Shown one piece after another: positions 35,040 through 47,319 of a DNA stretch of 64,000 nucleotides (within the stretch, counting starts at the first letter, position 1; each line of letters begins with the position of its first letter). A model generated the notes under the pieces. It made no database searches and was not told where the DNA came from. It worked only from the letters and a program-made list of their open reading frames with translations. Made by a program: the position numbers and the translations under genes. The DNA comes from Sinanodonta woodiana (Eukaryota). The DNA lies in assembly GCA_046254885.1 (NCBI GenBank), contig CM100994.1, positions 93,766,727 to 93,830,726 of the forward strand, in the 5' to 3' direction.

Positions 35040-35432
35040 ACTTTTATGGAGTTACCTCCCCTTAAAAAATTATCTTCCCTTGAATTTTTTTATCTCCCCT
35101 TGAAATTTTTTTTATCTCCCCTTGAAAAAAATATCTCTCCTTTAAAAAAATTTCTCCCCTTTAAATTTTTTTTTTATCTCCCCTTGAAATTTTGTATCTC
35201 CCTTTGAATTTTTTTATCTCCCCTTGAAAAACAGAGTTATCTCCTCTTAAAAAAGTTATCTCCCCTTAAAAAAATTACCTCCCTTGAAAAAATAATTACC
35301 TCCCTTTGAAAAAAATTATCTCCCCTTAAAAAAGTTATCTCCCCTTAAAAAAGTTATCTCCCTTAAAAAAAGTTATCTCCCCTTAAAAAAATACCTCCCC
35401 TTAAATTTTTTTTATCTCCCCTTGAAAAAAAA
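35040..35432. repeat. Tandem repeat of about 19-21 bp (ttatctccccttgaaaaaa), about 19 copies, inside the element and abutting the right TIR.
   Basis: Read directly in the sequence. Confidence 0.9.
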
Positions 35433-35441
35433 AATTAACAC

Positions 35442-35723
35442 AGCAGCAGAGGGGTCGAACCCTACAAATTTCAGGCAAAAGTTTGATTAGCTGTGGAAAC
35501 GGAAGCGCGAGCCTGTTGCAACGGTGATATATTTTAACAAAAAAATACTGTTATAGGTCTCATTTTGGCAAACAACGGCTTTAACTGCTAAAGCTCTGTT
35601 TGACAAACGGGGACTAAATTTTTTTGTTTGTTTGAAATGTGAGATTTTGAAGGAAGGCTCGTTTTATCGTTTTGAGGCCTTAATCGTGTTTAAGCAAAAA
35701 AAGTTGTCCAATACTCTGCTGCT
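35442..35723. repeat. Right TIR (282 bp) of the viral-like element. It is also bounded by the 16-bp inverted repeats agcagcagaggggtcg ... cgac(c/t)c.. / ..ctctgctgct.
   Basis: It is the reverse complement of 30163-30450. Confidence 0.9.
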
Positions 35724-36715
35724 AGAGTAAAACAGAAATAAGTAAATTACATTTTTCTGAAATATTTCAAGGTAGATTTTGTCAGCATTTAGAAAATAAC
35801 GCATTGTTTCTGTGAACATAGAAAAAGGAAAGCAAATAATGGCATTTGAGGTATACAGGAATAGTCAGTGTTTGTCCTTGTGTTTTTGGATCACCTGGCC
35901 TTACAGTCAAGTGAGCTTTTAATGTCGTCCTCTATTTGTATGCCATTCATCAACATTTGTTTTGTTATCTCTCTGGAGACTGATTGCTATCCAGTTTTGA
36001 TCAGGTAGGAATATGGGCTTATATCATCCAGAGTTTTAAAGAGAAAGATAATGACCAGGATTGTGTGTATCCTTGGCATGACTGCACTCAAGAGATTGTA
36101 TTTCTGATCTGATTTTGTATTAGGTTGGTAGGTAGGCTTAAATCATCAATATTTCAAATGAATACTGTTGTGAGTGAGCTCCATGCAGTATGTTAATGAG
36201 ATGATATTTTGTCTAATTGACTAAAATTGTCAGTATGTTTGTAACTCAATTTCTTATCAGATATTTATCAAACATGTTTAAGCTGTCCATGAATTTATTA
36301 TGAGCAAAATCTGTACATATTAATAAAGTGTCCTTGCATCAGATTTGTTGAGCTTCTTATCAGTCAGAACCTGATTGTGATCAAACCTGATTGTGATCAA
36401 ATCCAATTTGACTTTGTACGTTTTCTAAAATCATCAAGAATATAGTTATGAGCTGTTTATCAAACTTGATAAATTGGCTTATGTCATTAAGATCTTGATT
36501 TATTTGTTCTGTGTGAGATTCACACATCACTGGTGTCATCGAACTGACTGAGTTAGTCAGCATTCTAGCAAATATACTTCTGATGAGATTTTAATCAAAT
36601 TAGCTTATATTTTCAAGATGTTGGATGAGTTTGTTTAGGAGTAAATTCTGAATATTTACAAGTTAATACACTTTGATCTGTATCAATAAAGTATTTATTC
36701 CATCTTATTGTCTGA

Positions 36716-37150
36716 ATTAGCTGAGCTGTTATCTCTCTCAAGAAACTGTCATCTAGCTTGTTATCTCTCTCAAGATACTGTCATCTGGTTATCTCTCTTT
36801 TGTGACTCATCTAGCTTGTTATCTCTCAAGAGACTATCATCTAGCTTGTTATCTCTTTCAAGATACTGTCATATGGTTATCTCTCATTAGTGACTCATCT
36901 AGCTTGTTATTTCTGTCAAGAGACTGTCATCTAGCTTATTATCTCTCTAGAGACTGTCATCTGGCTTATCTCTCTCTAGTGACTGTCATCTAGCTTGTTA
37001 TCTCTCAAGAGACTGCCATCTATCTTAATATCACTATCAATGGACTCATTTATCTTGTTATCTCTCTCTGGAGACTGTCATCTAGCATTATATATCTCTC
37101 TTGCAACTGTAATCTTGCTTTCTTGTCTTTCTCTAGAGACTCATCTAGTT
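36716..37150. repeat. Minisatellite of about 30 bp (ctgtcatctagcttgttatctctcaagaga), about 14 copies.
   Basis: Read directly in the sequence. Confidence 0.85.
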
Positions 37151-37581
37151 TCAGTAAAACATGTAAAGATGTTTAAATAATTAGGATCTTCAATAGCTTG
37201 TTATGACCGAGAGACAGTATATGCTAATTGTGTTTGTCAGGAAGTTAAAAAAATTCAGATAGTATTTAAAAATAGACAAATCTATTATATAAACTATTTA
37301 AAATTTGGATGCCATATAATTTCAGATATCATGGTTATTATAAAATTAGTATTGTTGTTGCAAACAATGTGATTATTAATAAATGATATTACTTCTTTTA
37401 TCTACAGTAAAATCATTAATCTTGTCTTAAATTTCTGTCAGAATAGATGCAGGTATATTTTAGTTATTAAATGAGAGCACTCACACCAGTAAATATGTTA
37501 ATGATAATGTATAGAAAGTAAGTGATTTAAAAAGGCACTGAGTACAATTATTAAGATATCAAATTATTAATTCCTTGTCAG

Positions 37582-37716
37582 AAAACAGATACAAAGGCAG
37601 TTGTAGAAATACCAAAGAACTCCAGGCTGGATGAGGGATTTGAACTTCAGGTTTCACTTGCAGAAATCCATGTGCCAAGAATGTGGGTGGAAAAGCATAC
37701 AGAAAAAGATTCACAG
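37582..37716 (+). CDS. PARP4: Exon between VIT and vWA (KTDTKAVVEIPKNSRLDEGFELQVSLAEIHVPRMWVEKHTEKDSQ).
   Basis: Acceptor ttccttgtcag, donor CAG|GTACAT. Matches PARP4 ..LPRMWVEKHPEKESE. Confidence 0.9.
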
Positions 37717-37899
37717 GTACATACATACCACACGGGCTATAATGCAATTTATGATACCCTGAAGCATTTTGTGATTGGGATTGCTTGCTTTATTTTAATT
37801 TCAGATATATAAGATATTTAAAAAAAAGCATTGATCTCAGAATGAGATTCATGTTTATAGCTTATGATGAACTGTGCTATTCTGGGATACCTTATACCG

Positions 37900-38085
37900 A
37901 GGGGTCACTGTAGAAATATTGACATTTTATCTTACAATCAAGCACATAATTGACCAATCAGTGTGAGACCCACTCTGGCTAACAATCAAGCTCATAATTG
38001 ACCAATCAGTGTGAGACCCAGTCTGGCTAACAATAAGGCACATAATTGATCAATCAGTATGAGACCAATTCTGGCTAATAATCAG
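37900..38085. repeat. Tandem repeat of about 54 bp, 3 copies (aatcaagc.cataattgaccaatcagtgtgagaccc..tctggctaaca).
   Basis: Read directly in the sequence. Confidence 0.85.
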
Positions 38086-38089
38086 ACAA

Positions 38090-40950
38090 GTAGGTCTGTA
38101 GTTTGTAATAGCTGGTCTCTGCCTAAATTGTGGAAACAGTTTGCAATAGCTAGTCTCTGCCTAAGCTGTGGAGACAGTTTGTAATAACTGGTCTCTGCCT
38201 AAACTGTGGAGAGTTTGCAATAGCTGTTCTCTGCTTAAACTGTGGAGAGTTTGCAATAGCTGGTCTCTGCATAAACTGTGGAGAGTTTGTAATAACTGGT
38301 CTCTGCCTAAGATGTGGAGAGTTTGCAATAGCTGGTCTCTGCCTAAACTGTGGAGAGTTTGCAATAGCTGGTATCTGCCTAAACTGTGGAGAGTTTGCAA
38401 TTGCTGGTCGCTGCATAAACTGTGGAGACAGTTTGTAATAACTGGAACTGTGGAGACAGTTTGTAATAACTGGTCTCTGCCTAAACTGTGGAGAGTTTGC
38501 AATAGCTGGTGTCTGCCTAAGTTGTGGAGAGTTTGCAATAGCTGGTCTCTGCCTAAACTGTGGAGACAGTTTGTAACAACTGGTCTCTGCCTAAACTGTG
38601 GAGAGTTTGCAATAGCTGGTCTCTGCATAAACTGTGGAGACATTTTGTAATAGCTGGTCTCTGCCTAAACTGTGGAGAGTTTGCAATAGCTGGTCTCTGC
38701 CTAAGTTGTGGAGACAGTTTGTAATAACTGGTCTCTGCCTAAACTGTGGAGACAGTTTGTAATGACTGGTCTCTGCCTAAACTGTGGAGAGTTTGCAATA
38801 GCTAGTCTCTAAGTTGTGGAGAGTTTGCAATAGCTGGTCTCTGCCTAAACTGTGGAGACAGTTTGTAATAACTGGTCTCTGCCTAAACTGTGGAGACAGT
38901 TTGTAATAACTGGTCTCTGCCTAAACTGTGGAGACAGTTTGTAATAGCTGGTCTCTGCCTAAGTTGTGGAGACAGTTTGTAATAGCTTGTCTCTGCCTAA
39001 ACTGTAGAGACAGTTTGTAATAGCTGGTCTCTGCCTAAACTGTGGAGACAGTTTGCAATAGCTGGTCTCTGCCTGAGTTGTGGAGACAGTTTGTAATAAC
39101 TGGTCTCTGCCTAAATTGTGGAGACAGTTTTTAATAGCTTGTCTCTGCCTAAATTGTGGAAACAGTTTGCAATAGCTAGTCTCTGCTTAAACTGTGGAGA
39201 CAGTTTGTAATAACTGGTCTCTGCCTAAGCTGTGGAGAGTTTGCAATAGCTGGTCTCTGCCTAAACTGTGGAGAGTTTGCAATAGCTGGTATCTGCCAAA
39301 GTTGTGGAGAGAGTTTATAATAACTAGTCTCTGCCTAAACTGTGGAGAGTTTGCAATAGCTGGTCTCTGCATAAACTGTGGAGACAGTTTGTAATAACTG
39401 GTCTCTGCATAAGCTGTGGAGACAGTTTGCAATAGCTGGTCTCTGCATAAACTGTGGAGACAGTTTGTAATAACTGGTGTCTGCCTAAACTGTGGAGAGT
39501 TTGCAATAGCTGGTGTCTGCCTAAGTTGTGGAGAGTTTGCAATAGCTGGTCTCTGCCTAAACTGTGGAGACAGTTTGTAATAACTGGTCTCTGCCTAAAC
39601 TGTGGAGAGTTTGCAATAGCTAGTCTCTGCCTAAGTTGTGGAGAGTTTGCAATAGCTGGTCTCTGCATAAACTGTGGAGACAGTTTGTAATAGCTTATCT
39701 CTGCCTAAATTGTGGAGAGAGTTTGTAATAACTGTTCTCTGCCTAAACTGTGGAGACAGTTTGTAATAACTGGTCTCTGCCTAAACTGTGGAGACAGTTT
39801 GTAATAACTGGTCTCTGCCTAAACTGTGGAGACAGTTTGTTATAACTGGTCTCTGCATTAACTGTGGAGACAGTTTGTAATAGCTGGTCTCTGCCTAAAC
39901 TGTGGAGACAGTTTGTAATAACTGGTCTCTGCATAAACTGTGGAGACAGTTTGTAATAACTGGTCTCTGCCTAAACTGTAGAGACATTTTGTAATAGTTG
40001 GTCTCTGCCTAAACTGTGGAGACAGTTTGCAAGAGCTAGTCTCTGCCTAAACTGTGGAAACAGTTTGTAATAGCTGGTCTCTGCCTAAACTGTGGAGACA
40101 GTTTGTAATAGCTAGTCTCTGCCTGAGTTGTGGAGACAGTTTGTAATAGCTGGTCTCTGCCTAAGTTGTGGAGACAGTTTGTAATAACTGGTCTCTGCCT
40201 AAACTGTGGAGACAGTTTGTAATAGCTAGTCTCTGCCTAAGTTGTGGAGACAGTTTGTAATAACTGGTCTCTGCCTAAACTGTGGAGACAGTTTGTAATA
40301 GTTAGTCTCTGCCTAAGTTGTGGAGACAGTTTGTAATAGCTAGTCTCTGCCTAAGCTGTGGAGACAGTTTGTAATAGTTAGTCTCTGCCTAAGTTGTGGA
40401 GACAGTTTGTAATAGCTGGTCTCTGCCTAAACTGTAGAGACAGTTTGTAATAGCTGGTCTCTGCCTAAACTGTGGAGACAGTTTTTAATAGCTGGTCTCT
40501 GCCTAAACTGTGGAGACAGTTTGTAATAGCTGGTGTCTGCCTAAACTGTGGAGACAGTTTGTAATAGCTAGTCTCTGCCTGAGTTGTGGAGACAGTTTGT
40601 AATAACTGGTCTCTGCCTAAACTGTGGAGACAGTTTGTAATAGTTAGTCTCTGCCTAAGTTGTGGAGACAGTTTGTAATAGCTAGTCTCTGCCTAAGCTG
40701 TGGAGACAGTTTGTAATAGTTAGTCTCTGCCTAAGTTGTGGAGACAGTTTGTAATAGCTGGTCTCTGCCTAAACTGTAGAGACAGTTTGTAATAGCTGGT
40801 CTCTGCCTAAACTGTGGAGACAGTTTTTAATAGCTGGTCTCTGCCTAAACTGTGGAGACAGTTTGTAATAGCTGGTCTCTGCCTAAACTGTGGAGACAGT
40901 TTTTAATAGCTAGTCTCTGCCTAAGTTGTAGAGACAGTTTGTAATAGCTG
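38090..40950. repeat. 2.9-kb satellite with a 38-41-bp unit (ctgtggagacagtttgtaatagctggtctctgcctaaa), about 70 copies.
   Basis: Read directly in the sequence. The overlapping 160-aa ORFs on both strands are artifacts. Confidence 0.95.
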
Positions 40951-41327
40951 TGTCAATATGTTGCTGTAGCTGGTTTCAGTCTCAACTTTGACTCATTTTG
41001 GCAACAGCTAGTCTCTGTCTGTAAACTGTTGACACATTGGTTTCTATTTAAGCTGTTGACACATTTTGTTAACAATTAGTCTCAATATGTTGACACATTT
41101 TTCAATAACTGGTCTCGCAATATGTAAGCTGTTGACACATTTTGAAATTTCTACTCTTTATTTAAGCTGACTGCATTTTGATAGGCCTCTTGTGGAATAA
41201 ATACATCAATAATTTAAATGCAATATGTCATGAAATGATGTTTTTTGCTCCCCCTCCCTTGACTGACAAGTTTATATTACACAAATGCAATTACTTTGTT
41301 CTATTGTTGATTTTTCTACTTTTTTAG

Positions 41328-41447
41328 GCCTGCATGTTGACCTTCTATCCCGAGTTTGAGAGTGAGAAGGAAGAGTCAACTGAAATTCTTTTCCTAATTG
41401 ACATGTCAAACTCTATGAAAGGTGATGCTGAAAGAGATGCTAAAAAG
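41328..41447 (+). CDS. PARP4: vWA-domain first exon (ACMLTFYPEFESEKEESTEILFLIDMSNSMKGDAERDAKK).
   Basis: Acceptor cttttttag, donor AAG|GTCAGC (weak). The DxSxS MIDAS motif (LIDMSNSM) is present. Matches PARP4 ACMLVFQPD..ICLDCSSSMEG. Confidence 0.85.
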
Positions 41448-41854
41448 GTCAGCCTAATACATTCATCTTTACCATGGTGTTTTGAAATTTAATAATAGTT
41501 ACAACAAAACAATCAAGAACTTTTATGCTTCAATGTAAATAAACTTTTTCACAAAAAAAATCCTGTTAAATGTACCTGTAGTTTGACTTAAATTACTGAA
41601 ATTAATGTAGAGCATTTTGGAATTGAAATGTTTTTGTTAATGAAATTAAACAAAACCTTGAAACACCTTGATCAACAAATCAACTTAAAATCGATGTATC
41701 TTGATCTTATTAACAGATAACATTCTGGCATCAATCTCCTATTTTCACTAATGATACTGATTGTCTATCAATTATAGTAATGTATTATCTGAATATTAGA
41801 TAGAACTTCAAAAGAATTTAAAAAGTATTTTTTTTACTAACACTAGACGTTATT

Positions 41855-42060
41855 CGTGGAAAGAATCATGATAATAACCCTAGTAACAAGATGGAAAGAA
41901 TCATGGTAATAACCCTAGTAACAAGATGGAAAGAATCATGGTAATAACCCTAGTAACAAGATGGAAAGAATCATGATAATAACCCTAGTAACAAGATGGA
42001 AAGAATCATGGTAATAACCCTAGTAACAAGATGGAAAGAATCATGGTAATAACCCTAGTA
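41855..42060. repeat. 39-bp tandem repeat, 5 copies (agaatcatggtaataaccctagtaacaagatggaa), followed by a 2-copy 57-bp duplication at about 42075-42190.
   Basis: Read directly in the sequence. Confidence 0.85.
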
Positions 42061-42381
42061 ACAAGACCTGTTGCAAAACCAAACCTTGTCTGTCTCCTAT
42101 TTCCCTTACAGTGTCTTTAAGATCCCTCCCCCCAAAACCTTGTCTGTCTCCTATTTCCCTTACAGTGTCTTCAAGATCCCCCCCCCCCAAACAATGTGCA
42201 GATGATTGCATAGTTTTATTACAATTGTTTCTTTCTGTATAACTTCCTTTTGTCACTTTATTGCATAATATTATGTCCAGTTGAAAGTATATGCCATAAT
42301 CAACATATACCAATGCCTTTCTCTGCCAGATGAAAATTGTAGTTGAATCTCATCATTAAAGAAATGTATTTTTCATTAAAG

Positions 42382-42522
42382 GTGCTTGATCTTGCATTGC
42401 ATCAGCTTCCAGCAACCTATTACTTCAACATTACTGTATTTGGCACATCAAGCTCAGACTTGTTTTCGGCATCACAGAAAATATCCAAGTCAACACTGGA
42501 GAGAGCGCAGGAACATGTCAAA
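42382..42522 (+). CDS. PARP4: vWA-domain exon (VLDLALHQLPATYYFNITVFGTSSSDLFSASQKISKSTLERAQEHVK).
   Basis: Acceptor cattaaag, donor AAA|GTAAAA. Matches PARP4 ..IALHALSL..VNIIQFGTGYKELF.. Confidence 0.8.
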
Positions 42523-43289
42523 GTAAAAATTGTTACATAACATCACATATCTCATACATTTTAACTGTTCTTATGAAATTTTCTTAAATAGACTTTAAAA
42601 GTTGTGAGGTTTTTCTTTGCAAAGGTTCATAACATGTAAAATTAATTCAGCTTATTTCATATAGAACAAAATTAAGTTTGATGTAGAAAGAATTGTTTGT
42701 TTGATGTAGAAATAGTTCAGCTTGTTTCATATGGATACAGTTCAGTTTGTTTTGTATAATAACAGTTTACCGGTAGTTTGTTTCATATAAAAATATGGAT
42801 ATTGAATTCAAATGGAGTTTTTTTTTTATATATAAAGAATTCAGTTCGTTTTTTGTATTAGAAAAATCAGTTTGTTTTGTATACAAAGAAAACTGTTTTG
42901 TATTACAAAAAGTCAGTTTGTTTTGTATAGAAGGAATTAGCATATTTGTAAAAATCATACTATATTACTCAGAATTTACAGAGTAAAAAAGAACTCAAAA
43001 GTCAAAATAGAATGTTATACATCATAGTCTTCCACTTGGCATCAGTACTGTTAGCCAAGACCAATTCTATTGTATTATCACCTTTTGAAATTGGCATCCC
43101 TTACTTTCAGGGATTTAAATTAAAAAAGTATTGATGAGGAGTATTACAAATATCTTGATAAACATTGTAAAGATATTGCTGAATATAAAAAAAGTATTGA
43201 TGAACACAAAACTTTTGATAAAGATTAAAAAAGTCATGAACTTTAAAGAAGTCTTGAAAAATATAAAAAGAAATTGAAAAAGTTTTTGT

Positions 43290-45545
43290 CAAGATTGAAA
43301 TTAAGTATTGATGAACATAAACTTGGTCTAGTTGAATACAGAAAATCTTGTGATGAACATAAACATGGTCTAGTTGAATACAGAAAATCTTGTGATGAAC
43401 ATAAACTTGCTCTAGTTGAATACAGAAAATCTTGTGATGAACATAAACTTGGTCTAGTTGAATACAGAAAATCTTGTGATGAACATAAACTTGCTCTAGT
43501 TGAATACAGAAAATCTTGTGATGAACATAAACTTGCTCTAGTTGAATACAGAAAATCTTGTGATGAACATAATAAACTTGCTCTAGTTGAATACAGAAAA
43601 TCTTGTGATGAACATAAACTTGCTCTAGTTGAATACAGAAAATCTTGTGATGAACATAATAAACTTGCTCTAGTTGAATACAGAAAATCTTGTGATGAAC
43701 ATAAACTTGGTCTAGTTGAATACAGAAAATCTTGTGATGAACATAAACTTGGTCTAGTTGAATACAGAAAATCTTGTGATGAACATAAACTTGCTCTAGT
43801 TGAATACAGAAAATCTTGTGATGAACATAAACTTGCTCTAGTTGAATACAGAAAATCTTGTGATGAACATAAACTTGGTCTAGTTGAATACAGAAAATCT
43901 TGTGATGAACATAATAAACTTGCTCTAGTTGAATACAGAAAATCTTGTGATGAACATAATAAACTTGCTCTAGTTGAATACAGAAAATCTTGTGATGAAC
44001 ATAAACTTGGTCTAGTTGAATACAGAAAATCTTGTGATGAACATAAACTTGGTCTAGTTGAATACAGAAAATCTTGTGATGAACATAAACTTGCTCTAGT
44101 TGAATACAGAAAATCTTGTGATGAACATAAACTTGCACTAGTTGAATACAGAAAATCTTGTGATGAACATAATAAACTTGGTCTAGTTGAATACAGAAAA
44201 TCTTGTGATGAACATAAACTTGGTCTAGTTGAATACAGAAAATCTTGTGATGAACATAAACTTGCTCTAGTTGAATACAGAAAATCTTGTGATGAACATA
44301 AACTTGCTCTAGTTGAATACAGAAAATCTTGTGATGAACATAAACTTGCTCTAGTTGAATACAGAAAATCTTGTGATGAACATAATAAACTTGCTCTAGT
44401 TGAATACAGAAAATCTTGTGATGAACATAAACTTGCTCTAGTTGAATACAGAAAATCTTGTGATGAACATAATAAACTTGCTCTAGTTGAATACAGAAAA
44501 TCTTGTGATGAACATAAACTTGGTCTAGTTGAATACAGAAAATCTTGTGATGAACATAAACTTGGTCTAGTTGAATACAGAAAATCTTGTGATGAACATA
44601 AACTTGCTCTAGTTGAATACAGAAAATCTTGTGATGAACATAAACTTGCTCTAGTTGAATACAGAAAATCTTGTGATGAACATAATAAACTTGCTCTAGT
44701 TGAATACAGAAAATCTTGTGATGAACATAAACTTGCTCTAGTTGAATACAGAAAATCTTGTGATGAACATAATAAACTTGCTCTAGTTGAATACAGAAAA
44801 TCTTGTGATGAACATAAACTTGGTCTAGTTGAATACAGAAAATCTTGTGATGAACATAATAAACTTGCTCTAGTTGAATATAGAAAATCTTGTGATGAAC
44901 ATAAACTTGCTCTAGTTGAATACAGAAAATCTTGTGATGAACATAATAAACTTGCTCTAGTTGAATACAGAAAATCTTGTGATGAACATAAACTTGCTCT
45001 AGTTGAATACAGAAAATCTTGTGATGAACATAAACTTGGTCTAGTTGAATACAGAAAATCTTGTGATGAACATAAACTTGCTCTAGTTGAATACAGAAAA
45101 TCTTGTGATGAACATAAACTTGCTCTAGTTGAATACAGAAAATCTTGTGATGAACATAATAAACTTGCTCTAGTTGAATACAGAAAATCTTGTGATGAAC
45201 ATAAACTTGGTCTAGTTGAATACAGAAAATCTTGTGATGAACATAAACTTGGTCTAGTTGAATACAGAAAATCTTGTGATGAACATAAACTTGCTCTAGT
45301 TGAATACAGAAAATCTTGTGATGAACATAAACTTGCTCTAGTTGAATACAGAAAATCTTGTGATGAACATAATAAACTTGCTCTAGTTGAATACAGAAAA
45401 TCTTGTGATGAACATAAACTTGCTCTAGTTGAATACAGAAAATCTTGTGATGAACATAAACTTGGTCTAGTTGAATACAGAAAATCTTGTGATGAACATA
45501 AACTTGCTCTAGTTGAATACAGAAAATCTTGTGATGAACATAAAG
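43290..45545. repeat. 2.3-kb satellite with 60/63-bp units (tcttgtgatgaacataaacttg(c/g)tctagttgaatacagaaaa, with an optional +aat), about 37 copies. It is flanked by degenerate related repeats at 43100-43290 and 45545-45960.
   Basis: Read directly in the sequence. The 898-aa and 760-aa ORFs across it are repeat artifacts (perfectly periodic translations). Confidence 0.95.
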
Positions 45546-46164
45546 AAAACTCTTGATGAAGATAAAATAATTTTGATAAAATATGAAAAGTCTTGATAAA
45601 AATAGAAAGCTCTTGATGGCAATAAAATGGTGATGATAAGAATTTAAAATGTTTTGCCTATTATAAAAATGATGAATGTAAAAAAATGTCTTGCATATTA
45701 TAAAAAGTCTTGGATGATATATTATAAAACTCATGATTAATATAATTTTAAAAAAAAATTCAAAAAATTCTTGATGAACATAAAATGGTCTTGACGAAAA
45801 CAAGAAAACATTGGTGAACAGTATTCTGGTCTCTCCAGATGAAAATTAAAAGTTCATGATGAATATTAAAAAAGGTCTTGATAAATATAAATATTCCTAG
45901 TGACTATGAAAAGGTCTTGATGAAAACAAAATGGTTGTTGAACTTTAAAAATTATTGGAGCAGTATTTGAGTAGTGGTTGTGTACATACATTTATTGTCA
46001 CAAGCTTTGAACACCATTCCTTCATAATAGATTGTCACATTCAAATTGGCATCCCCTTGGAGGCTCTCATTTGATAAATTTTAATATCAAAATCATGCTT
46101 GTTTAATATATTTTTTTAACATAGTTTTGCTTTAAGGAAAAATATAAATAATTTTCCCATGATG

Positions 46165-46930
46165 GGATCAGCTTTGCTATATTCCACTAAAATGGGATCA
46201 ACCCAGAACAAAGTTTATGCAGGGATCAGCCTAGCATAAAATTGTTAAGATGGGATCAGAACAGAACAAAGTTTATGCAGGGATCAGCCTAGCCTAGATT
46301 TGTTAAGATGGGATCAGAACAGAACAAAGTTTATGCAGGGATCAGCCTAGATTTGTTAAGATGGGATCAGAACAGAACAAAGTTTATGCAGGGATCAGCC
46401 TAGATTTGTTAAGATGGGATCAGAACAGAACAAAGTTTATGCAGGGATCAGCCTAGCATAGATTTGTTAAGATGGGATCAGAACAGAACAGATTCTATGC
46501 AGGGATCAGCCTAGCATAGATTTAGTTAAGAAGGGATCAACCCAAAACAAATTCTATGCAGGGATCAGCCTAGTATAGGATTAGTTAAGATGGGATCAGA
46601 TCAGAATATACTAGTATGCTAAGATCAGCCTAGTACCAATTTTACTTGAGCTGGAATGAGCCAAGCATGGTTTCTACTTGAGCTGGAATCAGCCCAGAAT
46701 AATCCGTAATGCTGGAATCAGCCCAGAATAGTCCGTAATGCTGGAATCAGCCCAGAAATAGTCCATAATGCTGGAATCAGCCCAGAATAGTCCGTAATGC
46801 TGGAATCAGCCCAGAATAGTCCGTAATGCTGGAATCAGCCCAGAATAATCCATAATGCTGGAATCAGCCCAGAATAGTACGTAATGCTGGAATCAGCCCA
46901 GAATAGTCCGTAATGCTGGAATCAGCCTTC
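46165..46930. repeat. Two adjacent minisatellites: a 58-bp unit (gggatcagcctag..atgggatcagaacagaacaaagtttatgca) with 7 copies at 46165-46565, and a 29-bp unit (taatgctggaatcagcccagaatagtccg) with 9 copies at 46640-46925.
   Basis: Read directly in the sequence. Confidence 0.9.
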
Positions 46931-47319
46931 CACCAATTGGGATTTATAGTTTTCTACATTCAGATTCTAGCCCATAAGTAACCCCCCACAGAGAGAGCCC
47001 ATAAGTAACCCCCCACAGAGAGAGCCAAAGATATTAAATTATTTAAGTTATTTTATTTATGATGTTGATGTTGTTGAATATTGATAAAAGTAAATGGTAG
47101 TTGATTTGAGAGAAAGGGAGTGAGTGAGCGATATATGCAAATACTTGTGTATTATCCTATATTTTCTTACAATGCATGTATTAAATCTTTCCTTGTACAT
47201 TTTAGTATTTTTAGTTGTGTATACATTGCAGCATTAAAGTCTCTCATACCAGTTTTAACAACTTCAATAGAAATATGGTATATAATCAACACAATGTGTT
47301 TCTGGCTTCACTTAAGTCA

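Larger units (their letters stand above)
30163..35723. mobile_element. 5,561-bp polinton-like or virus-derived TIR element. It has roughly 285-bp terminal inverted repeats, AG..CT termini, and a 5-bp TSD (AGAGT at 30158-30162 and 35724-35728). It carries a minus-strand gene block with an A32-type packaging ATPase and no recognisable polymerase, integrase or transposase.
   Basis: Left TIR 30163-30450 and right TIR 35442-35723 are reverse complements at about 93% identity. Identical AGAGT pentamers flank the ends. The internal segment has higher GC and more CpG than the host intron, and all 6 ORFs are co-oriented with short spacers. Confidence 0.85.

Noticed and set aside
30163-35723. Interpretation as a parvovirus/densovirus-like EVE (roughly 5.5 kb with ITRs).
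   Set aside because: The ATPase is not an SF3 helicase: it has a GPSGSGKT P-loop with the A32/FtsK-HerA-type Q..IPK.IRDN C-terminal region, and no rolling-circle endonuclease motifs are seen. Size alone is not diagnostic.
38150-39934. Several 60-160-aa ORFs (..LLQTLHSLGRDQ.. / ..CNSWSLPKLWRV..) on both strands.
   Set aside because: Generated by the 38-41-bp satellite.
43107-45803. Very long ORFs (898 aa on the minus strand, 760 aa on the plus strand) with perfectly periodic translations (..VHHKIFCIQLEQVY.. / ..HKLALVEYRKSCDE..).
   Set aside because: They lie entirely within the 60/63-bp satellite. Open frames on both strands with exact 20/21-aa periodicity are a repeat artifact, not genes.
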